DNA of 64,000 nucleotides from Mustelus asterias. Its lineage: Eukaryota. The translations under genes were made by a program, and so were the position numbers. This document shows, piece by piece, positions 47,001 through 61,118 of the stretch (positions are counted from its first letter, which is position 1; every line of letters starts with the position of its first letter). The notes beneath the pieces were generated by a model that saw nothing but the letters and a program-made list of their open reading frames with translations, had not been told where the DNA came from and made no database searches. Location: the NCBI RefSeq assembly GCF_964213995.1, contig NC_135818.1, positions 67,456,001 to 67,520,000 on the forward strand, in the 5' to 3' direction.

Positions 47001-48534
47001 CAGAAATTTTGGAGACTGAGGGCTGTGGGAACTGCACTTAATTTTGCCCCACTGGTGCGTTCCCAGTGCTGAGTCATTTTAGAAAAGATTGATCTGGTGT
47101 TGGGGGGGAGGGAGGGGGGGGGGGGCGGTGAGTGGCTAGCTACTCACGAACAGTGGGTAGCCAATTGAGGGGCCTGTTGAGGCTCTAATTCCACATGAAC
47201 TGGAATTGGTCTCATGCAGAAGCCAAAACAGGGCGAGTTAAACAAGAAGGATGTGGGGGTGGGGAGCTGTGCTTCATTTCACAATTATCCCTCAGTGTAC
47301 CCGAAGAGGGCCAGAGTGTGACGACTAGGGGATTTTCACAGTAATTTCCTTGCAGTGTTAATGTAAGCCTGCTTGTGACACTAATAAATAAAATAAATGT
47401 GCCATCCTTGGAGACCAACCAGTCACGGGAACCATCCTGCCTCCTTGACTGGAGGGCAAGAGTGCCATTTGGCCACTGATTGGTCAATCCTACAAAAACC
47501 GGTGTCGGGTGACTGTTCCCAGAACAGTGTGTGATTGCAACCCCAATTTGATCCAAACATCGGGGTCCTGATCCAAAAGAAAATTCCTGTCCCACCGCAT
47601 GTGCTTCCCTATATTTTTGAACATGAGCTGTAAAAGATAAACAGTTTACAGTGGTTTTTAATTGATGGGTTGATGTATATATCGCAGGGAACAATGTACA
47701 ATGTTGGGTCTATTTCTTTTTACCATTTTTCTTTAAACTCTTTCTTGCCATTGCCGATGGGAAGAGCAGGCAGGAAGTCTCTTCACTCGGTTAATGAGGC
47801 AGTGAGAGCTCCGGGGATTGGGAAAATGATCTTGCCCTTTAATTATTTTCCCTCACCTTCCTCTCGTGAAGGACCTTATCTGCATTCAGCCGCATCCCAG
47901 TGAGCCAGCAGAGACTTGGGCCTTGTCCTATTGTTCTGTGTTACATAATGAGACAGTGTATAAAAATACTTTTTTCCTTGGAACATCTGATATCCACCAT
48001 TGACAATTGAAGATTTGAATGCCTGCAAAGATGGGAGTCAAAAATAATAACCTCTGATGATGAGTGCAATCTTTGGAGCCAAAAGTCTGTTCAATGTGCA
48101 ATCAATTGAAAGGATATATTGAGGGTTCAATTCTCCTGGGATATCTTTTGTAAATCGAACAATACCGCTCTCTGTCTCATTCATCAGCTTTTTGGAGTTC
48201 CTAATAGATATGTATGAGAACAGTATGCAAATCTGTAAAACGTACATATAGTAAAATTCCTTTGAGTCGAATCCTAGACGATCGCCAACAAATTTATGTT
48301 AAGCGGAACTTTGTGATTGTCAAGGAGGCTCCCATTCCACATGAATGCATCTCTGTGTGACATGATATATATGCCGACAAGCGCAGTCTATGTCAAAACC
48401 AACAGGTTCAAATTCCAGTGAAAACACACTAAATGTGTGAAAAAGTTCACACCTTACAATGGCTTGAATTGGTTAAAAAGCCGGAGTTTTGTATGGAAAA
48501 ATGTCAGGAATTAGTTCCAGAGAAATTATTAAAC

Positions 48535-48860
48535 TATTAATCCAGACAACTCAGCTAATGGATCCAGGTTTAAATCCTGCTGTGGCAGATGGTGGAATTT
48601 AAATTCAGTAAAAAGAAAACTGGAATTAAGAATCTATTGATGTCCATGAAACCATTGCCGATTGTTGGAAAAATCCATCTGGTTCACTATTGTCCTTTAG
48701 AGAAGGAAATCTGCTGTCCTTACCTGGTCTGGCCTACCTGTGACTCCAGAGCCACAGCAATGTGGTTGACTCTCAACTGCCCTCGGGCAACTAGGGATGG
48801 GCAATAAATGCTGACCAGTCATCGATATCCATGTCCCACGAATGAATTAAAAAATGCATT
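48535..48860 (+). mobile_element. Type C SINE
   Basis: Match to 14715-15105. Confidence 0.75.
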
Positions 48861-49232
48861 AAAAAAAAAGAAAACCCTGAAATCTTTGACTGCTCAGGCA
48901 AGCGGGCAGACATGTATCAGAATCCCCAGCTATCGGCCTTCTCAACTCCTCGGTTGAAGAACATATTGCATCCACGATTGCATCATTCGTCAGTTCCGTC
49001 GTGCAGCGTTCTGCATTGTCCATTTCTATCTACGTTTCCATTGTTGTCTTTGCTGGAATTTCCATGCCAACCTCCCTACAGGAAAATGAAAAATAACTCA
49101 TCATTGGATTGGTCGGCCTCACCTGGCTCCTCCTTGTTTTTGACATTGAGTGCAGTCATGACCTGTTTAAGGCCAATCTCCTCCGATCGACAACACTTCT
49201 AACTTCCTCACAGGAGTCACCATACTCACAGG

Positions 49233-51600
49233 CTGAGAATCACAGAAAGCTTACAGCATGGAAAGAGTCAATTGGTCCATCGTGTCCATACCAGCCAAGA
49301 AAACAAGGCACACAGCCTGATCCCACTTTCCAGCATTCGCTCTGTATCCCTGTACGTCACGGCACTCGAGGTGCAAATCCACACACCTTTTAAATGAGCT
49401 GCGGGTTTTGTCCCTACTGTCCTTTCACGCAGCGAGTTCCAAACCCCTACAACCCTTTTGGCGAAAAATATCTTTCCTCATTCCCCTTCCAAACTTTCGA
49501 TCAATCACTTTAAATCCATGCCCCCTGGTCACTGACCTCTGCTAAAGTAAGTAGGCCCTTCCCATCCACCTTACCCGGGCCATTCACAATTTTTCTCATC
49601 TCAATCAAATCTTCCCTCAGCTTATCCAATCTTTCCTCATAGCTGCAATTATCCGGTCCTGGCAACATCCTCATAAATCTCTTTTATACTCTTTCTAATG
49701 CATTGAAATCCTTTCAGTAATTTGGTGACCAGAACCGCACACAGTATTCGAGCTATGGCCTAACTAGTGTTTTATATAGTTCCAGCATAACCTTCCTGCT
49801 CTTATATTCTATACCTTGGCTAATAAATAAAAGGATTCAAGATGCCTTCTTAACCACCTTATTGACTTGTCCTGCTACTTCAGAGATCTGTGGACAATCA
49901 TGCCAAGGTCCCTCACTTCCTCTATTCCTCTTGGTATTGTCCGACTAATTGTATAATCTTTTGCCTTGTTTGACCTCACCAAATGCATCACTTCACACTT
50001 GTCTGGGTTGAATGTGATGTGCCACTTTTCTGCCCACCGACCAGCCTATTGATATCTCCCTTTAGCTGTCCTCGCTATCTACCACACGGCCAATTTTTGT
50101 GTCATCTAAACATTTCTTGATCATTCCCTTTATATTTACATCCAAATCATTAATATAAACGACAAAAAAAAACGGAATCTAGTCTGAGCCCTGTGGAACC
50201 CCAGAGATTTGCTACCAAATAAACCTGTTGGACTTTAACCTGGTGTTGTTAAAACTCTTACTGTGTTAACCCCAGTGGAAACAGCCTTCCATCAACTGGG
50301 TGCTCCAGTTTCCTCCCGCAGTCTGAAAGACGTGCTGGTTGGGCGCATTGGCCGTGTTAAATTCTCCATCAGTGTACCCAAACAGGTGCTGGAGTGTGGC
50401 AACTAGGGGATTTTCACAGTAACTTCATTGCAGTGTTAATGTAAGCTCACTTGTGACAATAATTAATTTTAAAAATGTAAATGAATGTTAAAAAGACTAT
50501 AGGCAAAATGCAAAGAACAGAATTTGACCAGAAATATTGGTGAAATTCTGTTAATTGTGGTATTATGGGTGGCATGGTGGCACAGTGGTTAGCACTGCAG
50601 CCTTACAGCGCCAGGGATCCGGGTTCGATTCCTGGCTTGGGTCACTGTCTGTGCGGAGTGTGCACGTTCTCCCCATATCTGCGTGGGGATGCTCCAGTTC
50701 TTCCCACAGTCCAAAGATGTGCGGGTTAGGTTGATTGGCCATGCTAAATTGCCCCTTGGTGTCAGGGGGATTAGCTGAGTAAATATGCGAGGTTATGGGG
50801 ATAGGGCCTGGGTGGGATTGTGGTCAGTACAGACTCGATGGGCCGAATGGCCTCCCTCTGCACTATAAGATTCTATGAACACTTATACTTGTTCCTGCCA
50901 CTGAACCAATTTTGTAGCCAATTTGCTGCATTGCCCTGGATCCCATGTACTGTACATTTTTAACCAGTCTGCCATGTGGGATCACGTCAAAGGACTTGCT
51001 AAGATCCATATAAACCACATCAACTGCACTACCCTTAGCAATCCTCCTTGTTACCTCCTCAATAACTTCAATCAAATGAGTCAATTACAACCTTCCTCTA
51101 ACAAATCTATGCTTACTGTTTTGATTAATCCGTGCCTTTCTAAGTGACAGCTTACCTGTCTCTCAGAATTGATTCCAATAATTTGCCCACTATTGAGGTC
51201 AGACTGACTGGCCAGTAATTATTCGGACTATCACTCGCTCCCTTTTTAAACAAAGGTACAATGTTAGCAATTCTCCATCCCCCGGCACCGCACCTGCATC
51301 CAGTGAGGACTGGAAAATGATGGTCAGACTCTCTGCTATTTCCTCCCTGACTTCTTTGAACAGCCTGGGGGTATATTTCATCCGGCCCTGGTGGTTTGAC
51401 CATTTTCGAGGATGATAATCCCCAAAATTCCTCTCACCCTCTGTTCATCACATCCAACACTATCCCTTTCTTTTGTCATGATAGGCACCAAGTATTCATT
51501 AAGAGCTACCCACATCCCTCGCCTCCACATAAAGGATTTTTTTTGGTCTTTTATGGACCCTACTCTTTCCTTAGTTATTTGCACCTTCTTTCACATGGAG
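49233..51600 (-). mobile_element. Old CR1 LINE with nested PLE fragment (~50210-50265), type B SINE piece (~50297-50470) and HE1 SINE (50568-50880)
   Basis: PGPDEIYP, NYWPVSLTSIVGKLLESI, VDVVYMDLSKSFD; the GVPQGS region is interrupted by the inserts. Confidence 0.8.
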
Positions 51601-51769
51601 ATCTCAGTATCAAATAATGGTTTGTCCAAGACTCCATGATTCACACTGTTGTGTGTTCTAACTCCAATTTGGTGTTGTCATCTGACAAGCATCGACCAGT
51701 TCAATTAATATGGAGTTACCTGTATGGAATTTTGGCTACTCATGGGAATTCATCTCATGGGCATTGTCA

Positions 51770-52490
51770 CCAACTTCAGGAAGCCTAGTGGAGAACATGC
51801 CCCTGTCTACATCAATGGGGACGAAGTAGAAACTGTCAAGAGCTTCAGGTTTTTAGGTGTCCAGATCACCAACAACCTGTCCTGGTCCCCCCATGCCGAC
51901 ACTATAGTTAAGAAAGTCCACCAACGCCTCTACTTTCTCAGAAGACTAAGGAAATTTGGCATGTCAGCTACGACTCTCACCAACAATGGTACAGATGCAC
52001 CATAGAAAGCATTCTTTCTGGTTGTGTCACAGCTTGGTATGGCTCCTACTCTGTCCAAGACTGCAAGAAACAACAAAAGGTCATGAATGTAGTCCAATCC
52101 ATCACGTAAACCAGCCTCCCATCCATTGACTCTGTCTACACTTCCCACTGCCTCGAAGAAGCAGCCAGCAAAATTAAGGACCTCACCCACCCCGGACATT
52201 CTCTCTTCCACCTTCTTCCATCGGGAAAAAGATACAAAAGTCTGAGGTCACGTACCAACCGACTCAAGAACAGCTTCTTCCCTGCTGCCACCAGACTTTT
52301 GAATGGACCTACCTTACACGAAGTTGATCTTTCTCTATACCCTTGCTATAACTGTAACACTATATTCCGCACTCTCTCCTTTCCTTCTCTATGAACGATA
52401 TGCTTTGTCTGTCTTGTATGCAAGAAACAATACTTTTCACTGTATGTTAATACATGTGACAATAATAAATCAAATCAAATCAAATCAAAA
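51770..52490 (+). mobile_element. Rex1/Babar-like LINE 3' fragment
   Basis: VETVKSFRFLGVQITNNLSWS..RLYFLRRLRKF; (AAATC)n tail. Confidence 0.88.
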
Positions 52491-53509
52491 TGATCTCTGG
52501 GATTCTGATGGCAGGAATGGTTGACGATTTCAACATAACCCCAATTTTGTGTCAACCCAGTTTGACTCATTACGTTTTCACAATATTTAGTAGCATAGTT
52601 AATCTTGGGAATTCTGGATCATTAGTGATAAAGAGAGACTTCCGTTTTACTTAATCGCACAAGCAGGTAAGGTATAATTTTCTCTAAATGGCTAATTGCA
52701 AAGCATGATTAATCTTCCAGCACTTGTATTTAGCATTTGATCGTATCAATGACTTAAAGAGCTTTACACAATGATTTACCTTTGAAAGCCATTGATTGTA
52801 TTGATGTAGATTAGGTTATGATGAAGTGCTACCACTGAACACTTAGTAGTAGACTGAGGACAGGGAACAAGCTCTTACTATCTGAGAGCCTTAATATCAG
52901 AGTGGCATAAATGTGCCAGAAAATGATGGCGTCTCACAACTGTTGGCATAACCCATACACCATTGGTTCCAGGAACTGTTAATATCTCAAATAATGCTAC
53001 ATGCTATTGATGCGTTGGTATGATAGCACTGTACCCCAGCAAATTCAGGCCTACCAGTTTAAAGCTCAGTTCTTGGCAGACTTTCTGCTCAGATTTTTGC
53101 CATGATGGACAGCCTCTCCACAATGGCAAAAATAGCAGACAGGCCTGAAAATCACCAGTCCCGCCTCCGAACACGGCACTTCCCATCTTCCTGGGGACAG
53201 GGCACGTTTTGCAGAGGCAGCCGGCCACTTAAACCAACAGCTGCCTCCACTCTCATCTGATTTTGGTATCCTAGGACTGTGCATAATGACGTGTGCAAAG
53301 TAGACCCGGTAAGAGCAGACATGAACTTGGGTGTATTTTTATGGATAGTCTGGTGATCGCTTTAGAGAGGTAAGGTACTCCGGTGCAATTTGCCAGAAAA
53401 TTCCATTCACAGCCCAGAAGTGGCACAAAACAAATTCCAACTGTCTTTCCTCCACCCAAGCAAGGAGGCATCGCAGGGAGACTATCTTTGCCCTTATTGA
53501 CTTTTTAAA

Positions 53510-54210
53510 AATTCATTTAAGGGATGTGGGCATCGCTGGCTGTGCCAGCATTTATTGCCCGTCCCTAACTGCCCTCTATTTCAGAGGTCAACTGAGAGTC
53601 AGCCACATTGCTGGGGATCTGGAGACACATGTAGGCCAGATCGGGCAAGGATGGCAGATTTCCTTCCCTAAAGGACATTAGTGAACCAGATTGGTTTTAA
53701 CGATAATCGACAATGGCTTCCTGGTCATCATTGGACTTTTAATCCCATCCATTGACTCTGTCTACATTTCCCGCTGCCTCGGCAAAGCAGCCAGCATAAT
53801 TAAGGACCCCACGCACCCCGGACATTCTCTCTTCCACCTTCTTCCGTCGGGAAAAAGATACAAAAGTCTGAGGTCACGTACCAACCGACTCAAGAACAGC
53901 TTCTTCCCTGCTGCTGTCAGACTTTTGAATGGACTTACCTTGCATTAAGTTGACCTTTCTCTACACCCTAGCTATGACTGTAACACTACATTCTGCACTC
54001 TCTCGTTTCCTTCTTTATGAACAGTATGTTTTGTCTGTATAGCACGCAAGAAACAATACTTTTCACTGTATGTTAATACATGTGACAATAATAAATCAAA
54101 TCAAATTTCACCATCTGCTATGGTGGGATTTGAACCCTGGTCTCCAGATCATGTTGTAGCTCTCTGGATTACAATTACAGTGACAATACCACGACACCAT
54201 TGCCTCCCCT
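53510..54210 (-). mobile_element. Type C SINE split by a + strand Rex1/Babar 3' fragment (~53742-54105)
   Basis: SINE halves flank the LINE piece KDPTHPGHSLFHLLPSGKRY. Confidence 0.8.
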
Positions 54211-55129
54211 CATGCATCCACATGCCAGGAAGAAGTTCTTGTTGAAGAAGGGCGCATCATGCTTTGTGTTAAGGAACATGGAGAATGGGCATGACATTCT
54301 TACCCATAGCGACCATAGAAGCCAGGCACCCTGAGAAGCCAGAGGTCAGAGGGAGGACAGAAGATCAGGACAGAGAGAGACAGGGAAGAGGAGAGACAGG
54401 ACAACCAGATACTACCCTGTGGGAAGGCTGTACAGAACCAGGACATTCGACCTCAACATGTCGGTGAACTAATATCAGAGGTGTCTGAGGCCAAGCCGTG
54501 AGAATGTGACAGACATTTGTCCAGCAACAACTAGGGCCCCAATCCATCGAGCCCCATGCCCAGCCAGTGGCTGTGACAGTAACTATCACCCTTAACTTCT
54601 ATTCTTCTGGGATCAGCGGGTGACCTGCCTGATATATCACAATGCAGCTGTATTAATGCTATAATGGCCTGTTTGTTCATGTAAGGAATCACATTCACTC
54701 TTGAAGGGACACATGGCCTACTCCTGCTTTTATGTTTCTATGTTTTTTTCTATTTGCGTATAGATTTGACATCTCAGACACAGAGAACCACAGCCTTTGC
54801 CCAATTAGCAGATTTCCCTCAGGCACAGGGGATGGGATTTTATGGCTTCGCTCGTCCCGAAGCCGCAAAATCCCGCCCAAGGCCAACAGACATTCCCATT
54901 GTTCGCCCCTTGCCCACTCCGATTCCCATGGTGGGCGGGATGGTAAAATTCTGACCAGGGTGTTATTGATTGCATCCATGTTGCCATAAAAGCCCCAACG
55001 CAACATGCCTTTGTCAACCAGCAATCTTTCCACTCAATCAATGCATAGGTGGTCTGTGACTACCACAAGGTCCTCCTTCATATGTGTGAAAGGTTAGCTA
55101 GCTGGTAACTGCCATCACACCTTCATAGT

Positions 55130-55500
55130 AAGAAGTTCTGAACTTCCTCATCTATTTTAGCCACCAACACGGATCCATTGTTGGCTTTGAGGAGACAAGA
55201 ACTTGGGTAATAACCCCCCGTTTCGGAGCTCACAAACAGAAGCAGAGCACAACTACAAGAGCAGGAGTACCATCGCACAGGCACTTGGGATCTCGGTCGA
55301 TCAAGTGGAATGCTGGAATAGGCCTGAACAAGAGTATCAAGGATAGCAATGGTGTGCTGTATGTTAGACAACATTGACTGGGTGGAGGTACCCAGAAATT
55401 GCTGATAATGGGGCCATGGGCAGATCGAACCTCTGAGGAGGAGGAAGAAGTCTGTGCCCATTTGGAAGGTTCTGAACGGATGTGGATGGGGAGGTTGTCA
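55130..55500 (+). mobile_element. PIF/Harbinger transposase relic
   Basis: SRSTIAQALGI and RVSRIAMVCCMLDN resemble the HARBI1-family C-terminus (TRxxIEQxxGILK..RVSRIVVVCCALHN). Confidence 0.55.
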
Positions 55501-56143
55501 ATAGTAAGAAGTCTCACAACACCAGGTTAAAGTCCAACATTGTTGTCAATGGCAGAGCAATGGAGAGACATGGCTATCTCCATGGCTGTGTTACATGAAT
55601 CCACTCCATGCTTTCTGTGACTCAGTGCACTTTGACTGGGCAGCAACAATGACAATTCTTCCACAGGGAAAGCCCATTCCAGACTCAGCTAACAGTTGGA
55701 CAACATTTACAGCTTAGACACTCAAATGACAAAGGAGTGGCATCTCCTCTGAGGCACAAGGGCTTCACTACTGGTGATCTACTGCTCAGATGGGCCTTTC
55801 TGCATTCTATCTGCACCCGTGCTGGCCAACGCACACCAGGCCTGCTTCTGACTATTACCTGCAGGGGTTGCCTGCCCCATCTCCTATTCCAGCCCATTCA
55901 CAAGGCCAAGAATTGGAAGTTTGGGCAGACATTTTTCAGGTCGGGTTCACACAGCTGGGAATTCGCCTGTCTGTCTCTGGACAACCGGCCTGGGAGCGAA
56001 ACTTTTTGATTAATATCACACATGTTTTCTCAGAAATAATAAACTTTAAAAGGTCATTGCAAATCATAATTAAAAATTGAATTATTGGTAAGGATTGAGT
56101 ACTAATTGTAATGGAGAGGCTAACAGATCTAATAGCAACTTCT

Positions 56144-56447
56144 GGGTGGCATGGTGGCACAGTGGTCAGCACTGCTGCCTCACAGCACTAGACACCCGGG
56201 TTCGATTCCCAGCTTGGGTCACTGTCTGTGCGGAATCTGCATGTTGTCTCCGTGGGTTTCCTCCGGGTGCTCCGGTTTCCTCCCACAGTCCGAAAGACAT
56301 GCTGGTTAGGTGCATTGGCCGTGCTAAATTCTCCCTCAGTGTACCTGGACAGGCGCCAGAGTGTGGCGACTAGGGGGATTTTCACAGTAACTTCAATGCG
56401 GTGTTAACGTAAGTCTACCTGTGACACTAATAATTAAACTTTAAACA
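56144..56447 (+). mobile_element. HE1-headed SINE, type B tail
   Basis: Same structure as 5027-5332. Confidence 0.88.
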
Positions 56448-57256
56448 TCGTCCCATGCAGAGTTAAACATTGAAATTCAGAGCTTGCTGTGTGAGATACC
56501 CTGCCCCTCCACATGGTGCGCTGTTGCAGTCATTGCAAATGGACTCAGCATTGAAATGACTGTAGCGGTTTGTGGAGGTAATGCTTACCCCTTGACTCTG
56601 CGCCAAAGGTGGGATGATGATTTCAGCACAGGTGCATTATGGAATAAATTTTTAATCTTGCAATCAGTTACTGAACAGCCGCAATAACTGAAAAATCAAT
56701 GTTATCACTGGACCTCATTTTCTCGAGGAAGTTAACATCACGGATCTTGAAAAAATGTTTTTTTTTTAGTTTTTCAGTTAACTATTTCATTTTTAACCCC
56801 ACTTATGTCCCAATCTTTACTTTGCTCCCTGTACAGTGATTTTTAATGTTACTTATTTGCTTTGTTTAATTTCCTGGTTTTCAGCCTGTGGGTGGGATTT
56901 TCTGGTCCTGCTGACGGTCAGCCCCTGCCCCCAACTCCCCCGCTATGTGTTGTCTTGTCATTTTCCTTCATCACTAAGAAGTGACCAATGTCCTTGTATT
57001 GCCCTGGAGCCATTATCTGTTGACGTGTGTCAACTGGAAACACTAATTCTTTTTAACCACTAGTGAAAAGATTTATTAGCTCAGTGACATTTCCACCTAC
57101 ACTTGAATGTACATTTTTATTCTAGATACTCCATCAAAAGCACCAAATTAATAAATGATAAGATGTTATTACATTTCAAACTTGGTATTGTTAGTGTATC
57201 AATTTTTGATTAAATTTATTGAGTTGAATTTATTAATTAAACCGTTAGCATTTAAA

Positions 57257-57528
57257 TTATTATTAGAGTTTGATTTGATTTATTATTATTAGAGTTTGAT
57301 TTGATTTATTATTATTAGAGTTTGATTCGATTTATCATTGTCACACATGTTGGCATACAGTGAAAAGCATTGTTTCTTGCACGATATACAGATAAAGCAT
57401 ACCGTTCATAGAGAAGGAAAGGAGAGGGTGCAGAATGTAGTGTTACAGTCAGAGCTAGGATGTAGAGAAAGATCAACTTAATATAAGATAGACCCATTCA
57501 AAAGTCTGATGGCAGCAGGGAAGAAAAA
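57257..57528 (-). mobile_element. Rex1/Babar 3' fragment with a triplicated 26-bp tail/target junction
   Basis: AGAG at 57265, 57291 and 57317 gives period 26. Confidence 0.8.
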
Positions 57529-58339
57529 AATTAGAGCTTTAAAAGCACAGAATGAGAGTAAAAGATAGAATGAGAGGGTACGCTGGGCACAGCTTACAAG
57601 AAGTCACCGCGCTCCAGCGCCATCTTGGAATTTAAAAAAAGTTAAAAATAAAGTGCCCTGTTAACTCAATGTTAAGGCCCCATCTTCTCAACATTGCCCC
57701 TCGCCTAAGGTGATCCTCAGGTTAAATCACTACCCATCAGCTCTCTCCCTCAAAGCGGAGAGCAGCCTATGATCATCTGGGACTATGGGGACTTTACCCA
57801 TTTGCAATATACCTAATGCACCCCCTTCAGAAATAACCAAAACACTGTGGATTAGAGGTCATGCTCTTTATTCAATCGCAGAATGGTTACAGCACAGGTG
57901 GAGGCTATTCAGTCAGGTGTGTCCATACCAGGCCTCTGCAACAACACCTCAGTTAGTCCCGCACCCTGTCCTTTCCCGTAACCCATGCACATTTTTTCTC
58001 TTCAGATAATTATTTGACTTCCTTTTGAAAGTCTGCCTCGACCAATCTTTCATGAAGCAGCCCGAACCCTGATCGCTTGCTGCTTGAAATGTTTCCTCAC
58101 GTCGCATCTGTTTCTTTTGCCTTTCACCTTAAATCAATGTCCTCTGGTTCTCACCCCTCCAGCAACTAGATTAATCCTGTTAAAATACTCAACCATACAA
58201 CTGGAATATCAAACAGTTTATTATCCCATTTAGTCTTTGACAATGGTATAATACAGCCTCCATTTGACAAAAGAAAATTTGTTTGAAAAGTTAAATAGTG
58301 AAACTTCTCAATCGCAAACGTAATGGTGTCTGTTCAAAT

Positions 58340-59805
58340 TAAAGCAAAATCCCGCGGGCGCTGGAATTCTGAAATAAAAACAGAAAATGCCGGCTAAACT
58401 CACCTGGCAGCATCTGTGGAGAGGGAAGTGAGAGTTAATGTTTCCAGTCCTCACGACCCTACTACAGAACTGAAAAGGGTTAGAAATGCGATGAAGTATC
58501 TCCTTGGAGGCACGCGATGGCACGGTGGCACAATGGTTAGCACTGCTGCCTCAGAGCGCCAGGGACCGAGGTTCAATTCCCAGCTTGGGTCACTGTCTGT
58601 GTGGAATCTGGGTGGATTTTCTCTGGATCCTCCGGTTTCCTCCCACACACCAAAGATGTGCAGGTTAAGCGGATTGGCCATGCTAAATTGCCCCTTAGTA
58701 TCAGGGGGGTTAGCTCGGGTAAATGCATGGCGTTTTGGGAATAGGGCCTGGGTGGGTTTGTGGTTGGTGCAAACCCGATGGGCCGAATGGCCTCTTTCTG
58801 CACTGTAGGATTCTATGAGAGGGGGATAGGCAGAATAGAAAGTCAGTGAAAGGTCAGAGCTTAGGAAAGATTGACAACGATGTCACGGACAGAAGACAAA
58901 GTGGCTGTTAATGTTGCTGCTGAACACAGACCTCTGTTTCTCTGATTAACTCATTCTGCTATCCTACCTTTACCGCTATTGACATGATTCAGTCCCTAAT
59001 GGCATCATTAACCCTCTGTCTAAGCATCAAGGTGGAGAAGAAAGTTCACAGTCTGAAGCTGTCGAGCTCAGTGTTGTATCCAGAAGGCTGTAAAGTGGCT
59101 AATGGAAAGATGAGGTGCTTCAATTTGCACTGGGCTTCACTGGAGCACTGCATGGACATGTGGGCCTGAGGGCAAGATGATCAGTTGAAATGGCATGTGG
59201 CAGAAAGTTTGGGCTGTGGTTGCTGACTGAACTGAAGATGTTCCGTAAAGTGGTCACCCAATCTGTGTTTGGTCTCCCCAACTTAAAGGAAACCTCTTTG
59301 GGGGAAGTGAGTACAATAAACCAAACTGATGGGGGTGCAAGTCAAATTCTGCTTCACCTGAAAGGAGTGTCTGGGGCCTTGAACGGTGACGAGGTAAATG
59401 AGCAGGTGTTGTACCTTCTGCGAATGCGGAAGGTGTCGTGGGCAGAGAGTGAGGATTTGGGGGTGATGCAGGGGACCAGGGTGTCATGGAGGGAGTAGCC
59501 CAGGCAGAATGCTGATGGGGTCGGGGGTCGTGTTGAGGGAAATTTGCATTTTATGGCAGCACCATGCTGGAGTTGGTTGAATAGGCGGGGATGATCCTTT
59601 GAATGCGGAGGCTGGTGGGGTGAAAAGTGAGGACAAGCAGGACCCTATCATGATTCTGCGAGGGAGGGGAAGGAGTGAGGGCAGAGGTACAGGAGATGTT
59701 GATTGCCTTGTCAATCACAGGCTGGGAGGGTGGTGGGGGGGGGAGACACGGTTCAGGAAATATGCAGACACATCAGAAGCGATGATTTGGAAGGTGGGCA
59801 ACTTC
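58340..59805 (-). mobile_element. Penelope-like element relic: pseudo-LTR plus RT-linker/GIY-YIG endonuclease C-terminus; HE1 SINE nested at 58517-58818
   Basis: Minus strand reads NHDRVLLVLTFHPTSLRIQRII, LTCTPISLVYC..GETKHRLGDHFTEHL and QCSSEAQCKL..HLIFPLATLQPSGYNTE (stop at 59046-59048). Confidence 0.8.
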
Positions 59806-60249
59806 TGAATATTTGCCTGCCTAAAGTTGTCCCATTAATATATAAATGACAGTGAGCCTCACCATTGTTTAGACCGAAAAATCTGACCGCATAATTTGGA
59901 ACACAAAGGGCAGGCGGAATTCTCTGGATGCGCTGTCTAAAAGCCGAAAATTCCCGTCTGACCGTCAATGGCATTTCACATTCTCCGCAATCCGGCCGCT
60001 AAAATTCCAGTGGCGGGCAGGATGGGAGATTTCCAGCCAAAATGTCTAACGCATTGACCAGAATTTTAACAGTCCCTTGACTGTCAGTCAAGAAGGCTGG
60101 CCAAATGGCACAAGAAGACATTGATTCGGGGGGAGCAGGAGGGGAGGGAGAGGTTGGGGGTGGGGGGTTTGGTGGGGTGGGGTGTGGTTGGATGCTTGGT
60201 GTCTGCCTGCCATCATGCCACTATGTTAGTGGGTTGCAAGGCTGGTAGA

Positions 60250-61118
60250 TATAAGAGCATAAGAACATAAGAACTAGGAGTAGGCCATCTGGTCCCTCGA
60301 GCCTGCTCCGCCATTCAATGAAATCATGGCTGATCTTTTTGTGGACTCAGCTCCACTTACCCGCCTGCTCACCGTAACCCTTAATTCCTTTACTGTTCAA
60401 AAATTTATCTATCCTTGCCTTAAAAACATTCGATGAGGTAGCCTTAACTGCTTCACTGGGCAGGGAATTCCACAGATTCACAACCCTTTGTGTGAAGAAG
60501 TTCCTCCTCAACTCAGTCCTAAATCTGCTTCCCCTTATTTTGAGGCTATGCCCCCTCGTTCTAGTTTCACCCGCCAGTGGAAACAACTTCCCTGATTCTA
60601 TCTTATGTATTCCCTTCATAATCTTATATGTTTCTATAAGATCTCCCCTCATTCTTCTGAATTCCAATGAGTATAGCCCCAGTCTACTCAGTCTCTCCTC
60701 ATTAGCCAACCCTCTCAACTCCGGAATCAACCTAGTGAATCTCCTCTGCACCCCCTCCAGTGCCAGTATATACTTTCTCAAGTAAGGAGACCAAAACTGT
60801 ACACAGTACTCCAGGTGTGGCCTCACCAGCATCTTATACAGCCGCAACATAATCTTGTTGTTTTTAAACTCCATTCCTCTAGCAATGAAGGACAAAATTC
60901 CATTTGCCTTCTTAATTACCTGCTGCACCTGCAAACCAACTCCTTGAGATTCCTGCACAAGGACACCCAGGTCCCTCTGCACAGCAGCATGCTGCAATTT
61001 TTTACCATTTAAATAATAGTCCATTTTGCTGTTATTCCTACCAAAATGGATGACCTCACATTTACCAACATTGTACTCCATCTGCCAGACCATCGCCCAC
61101 TCACTTAGACTATCTATA
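60250..61118 (-). mobile_element. Young CR1 3' fragment (open 248-aa ORF2 C-terminus) nested in a Harbinger-like repeat (~60055-61505)
   Basis: WQMEYNVGKCEVIHFG..RPHLEYCVQFWSP..WNSLP; (CATAAGAA)n tail. Confidence 0.92.

Noticed and set aside
48038-48247. Minus-strand 69-aa ORF with a TTTTACAG acceptor
   Set aside because: No recognisable homology and no convincing donor
52589-52672. Segment ending in a strong donor, CAG|GTAAGG
   Set aside because: Stops in every frame from the plausible acceptors; only a non-coding exon remains possible and nothing supports it
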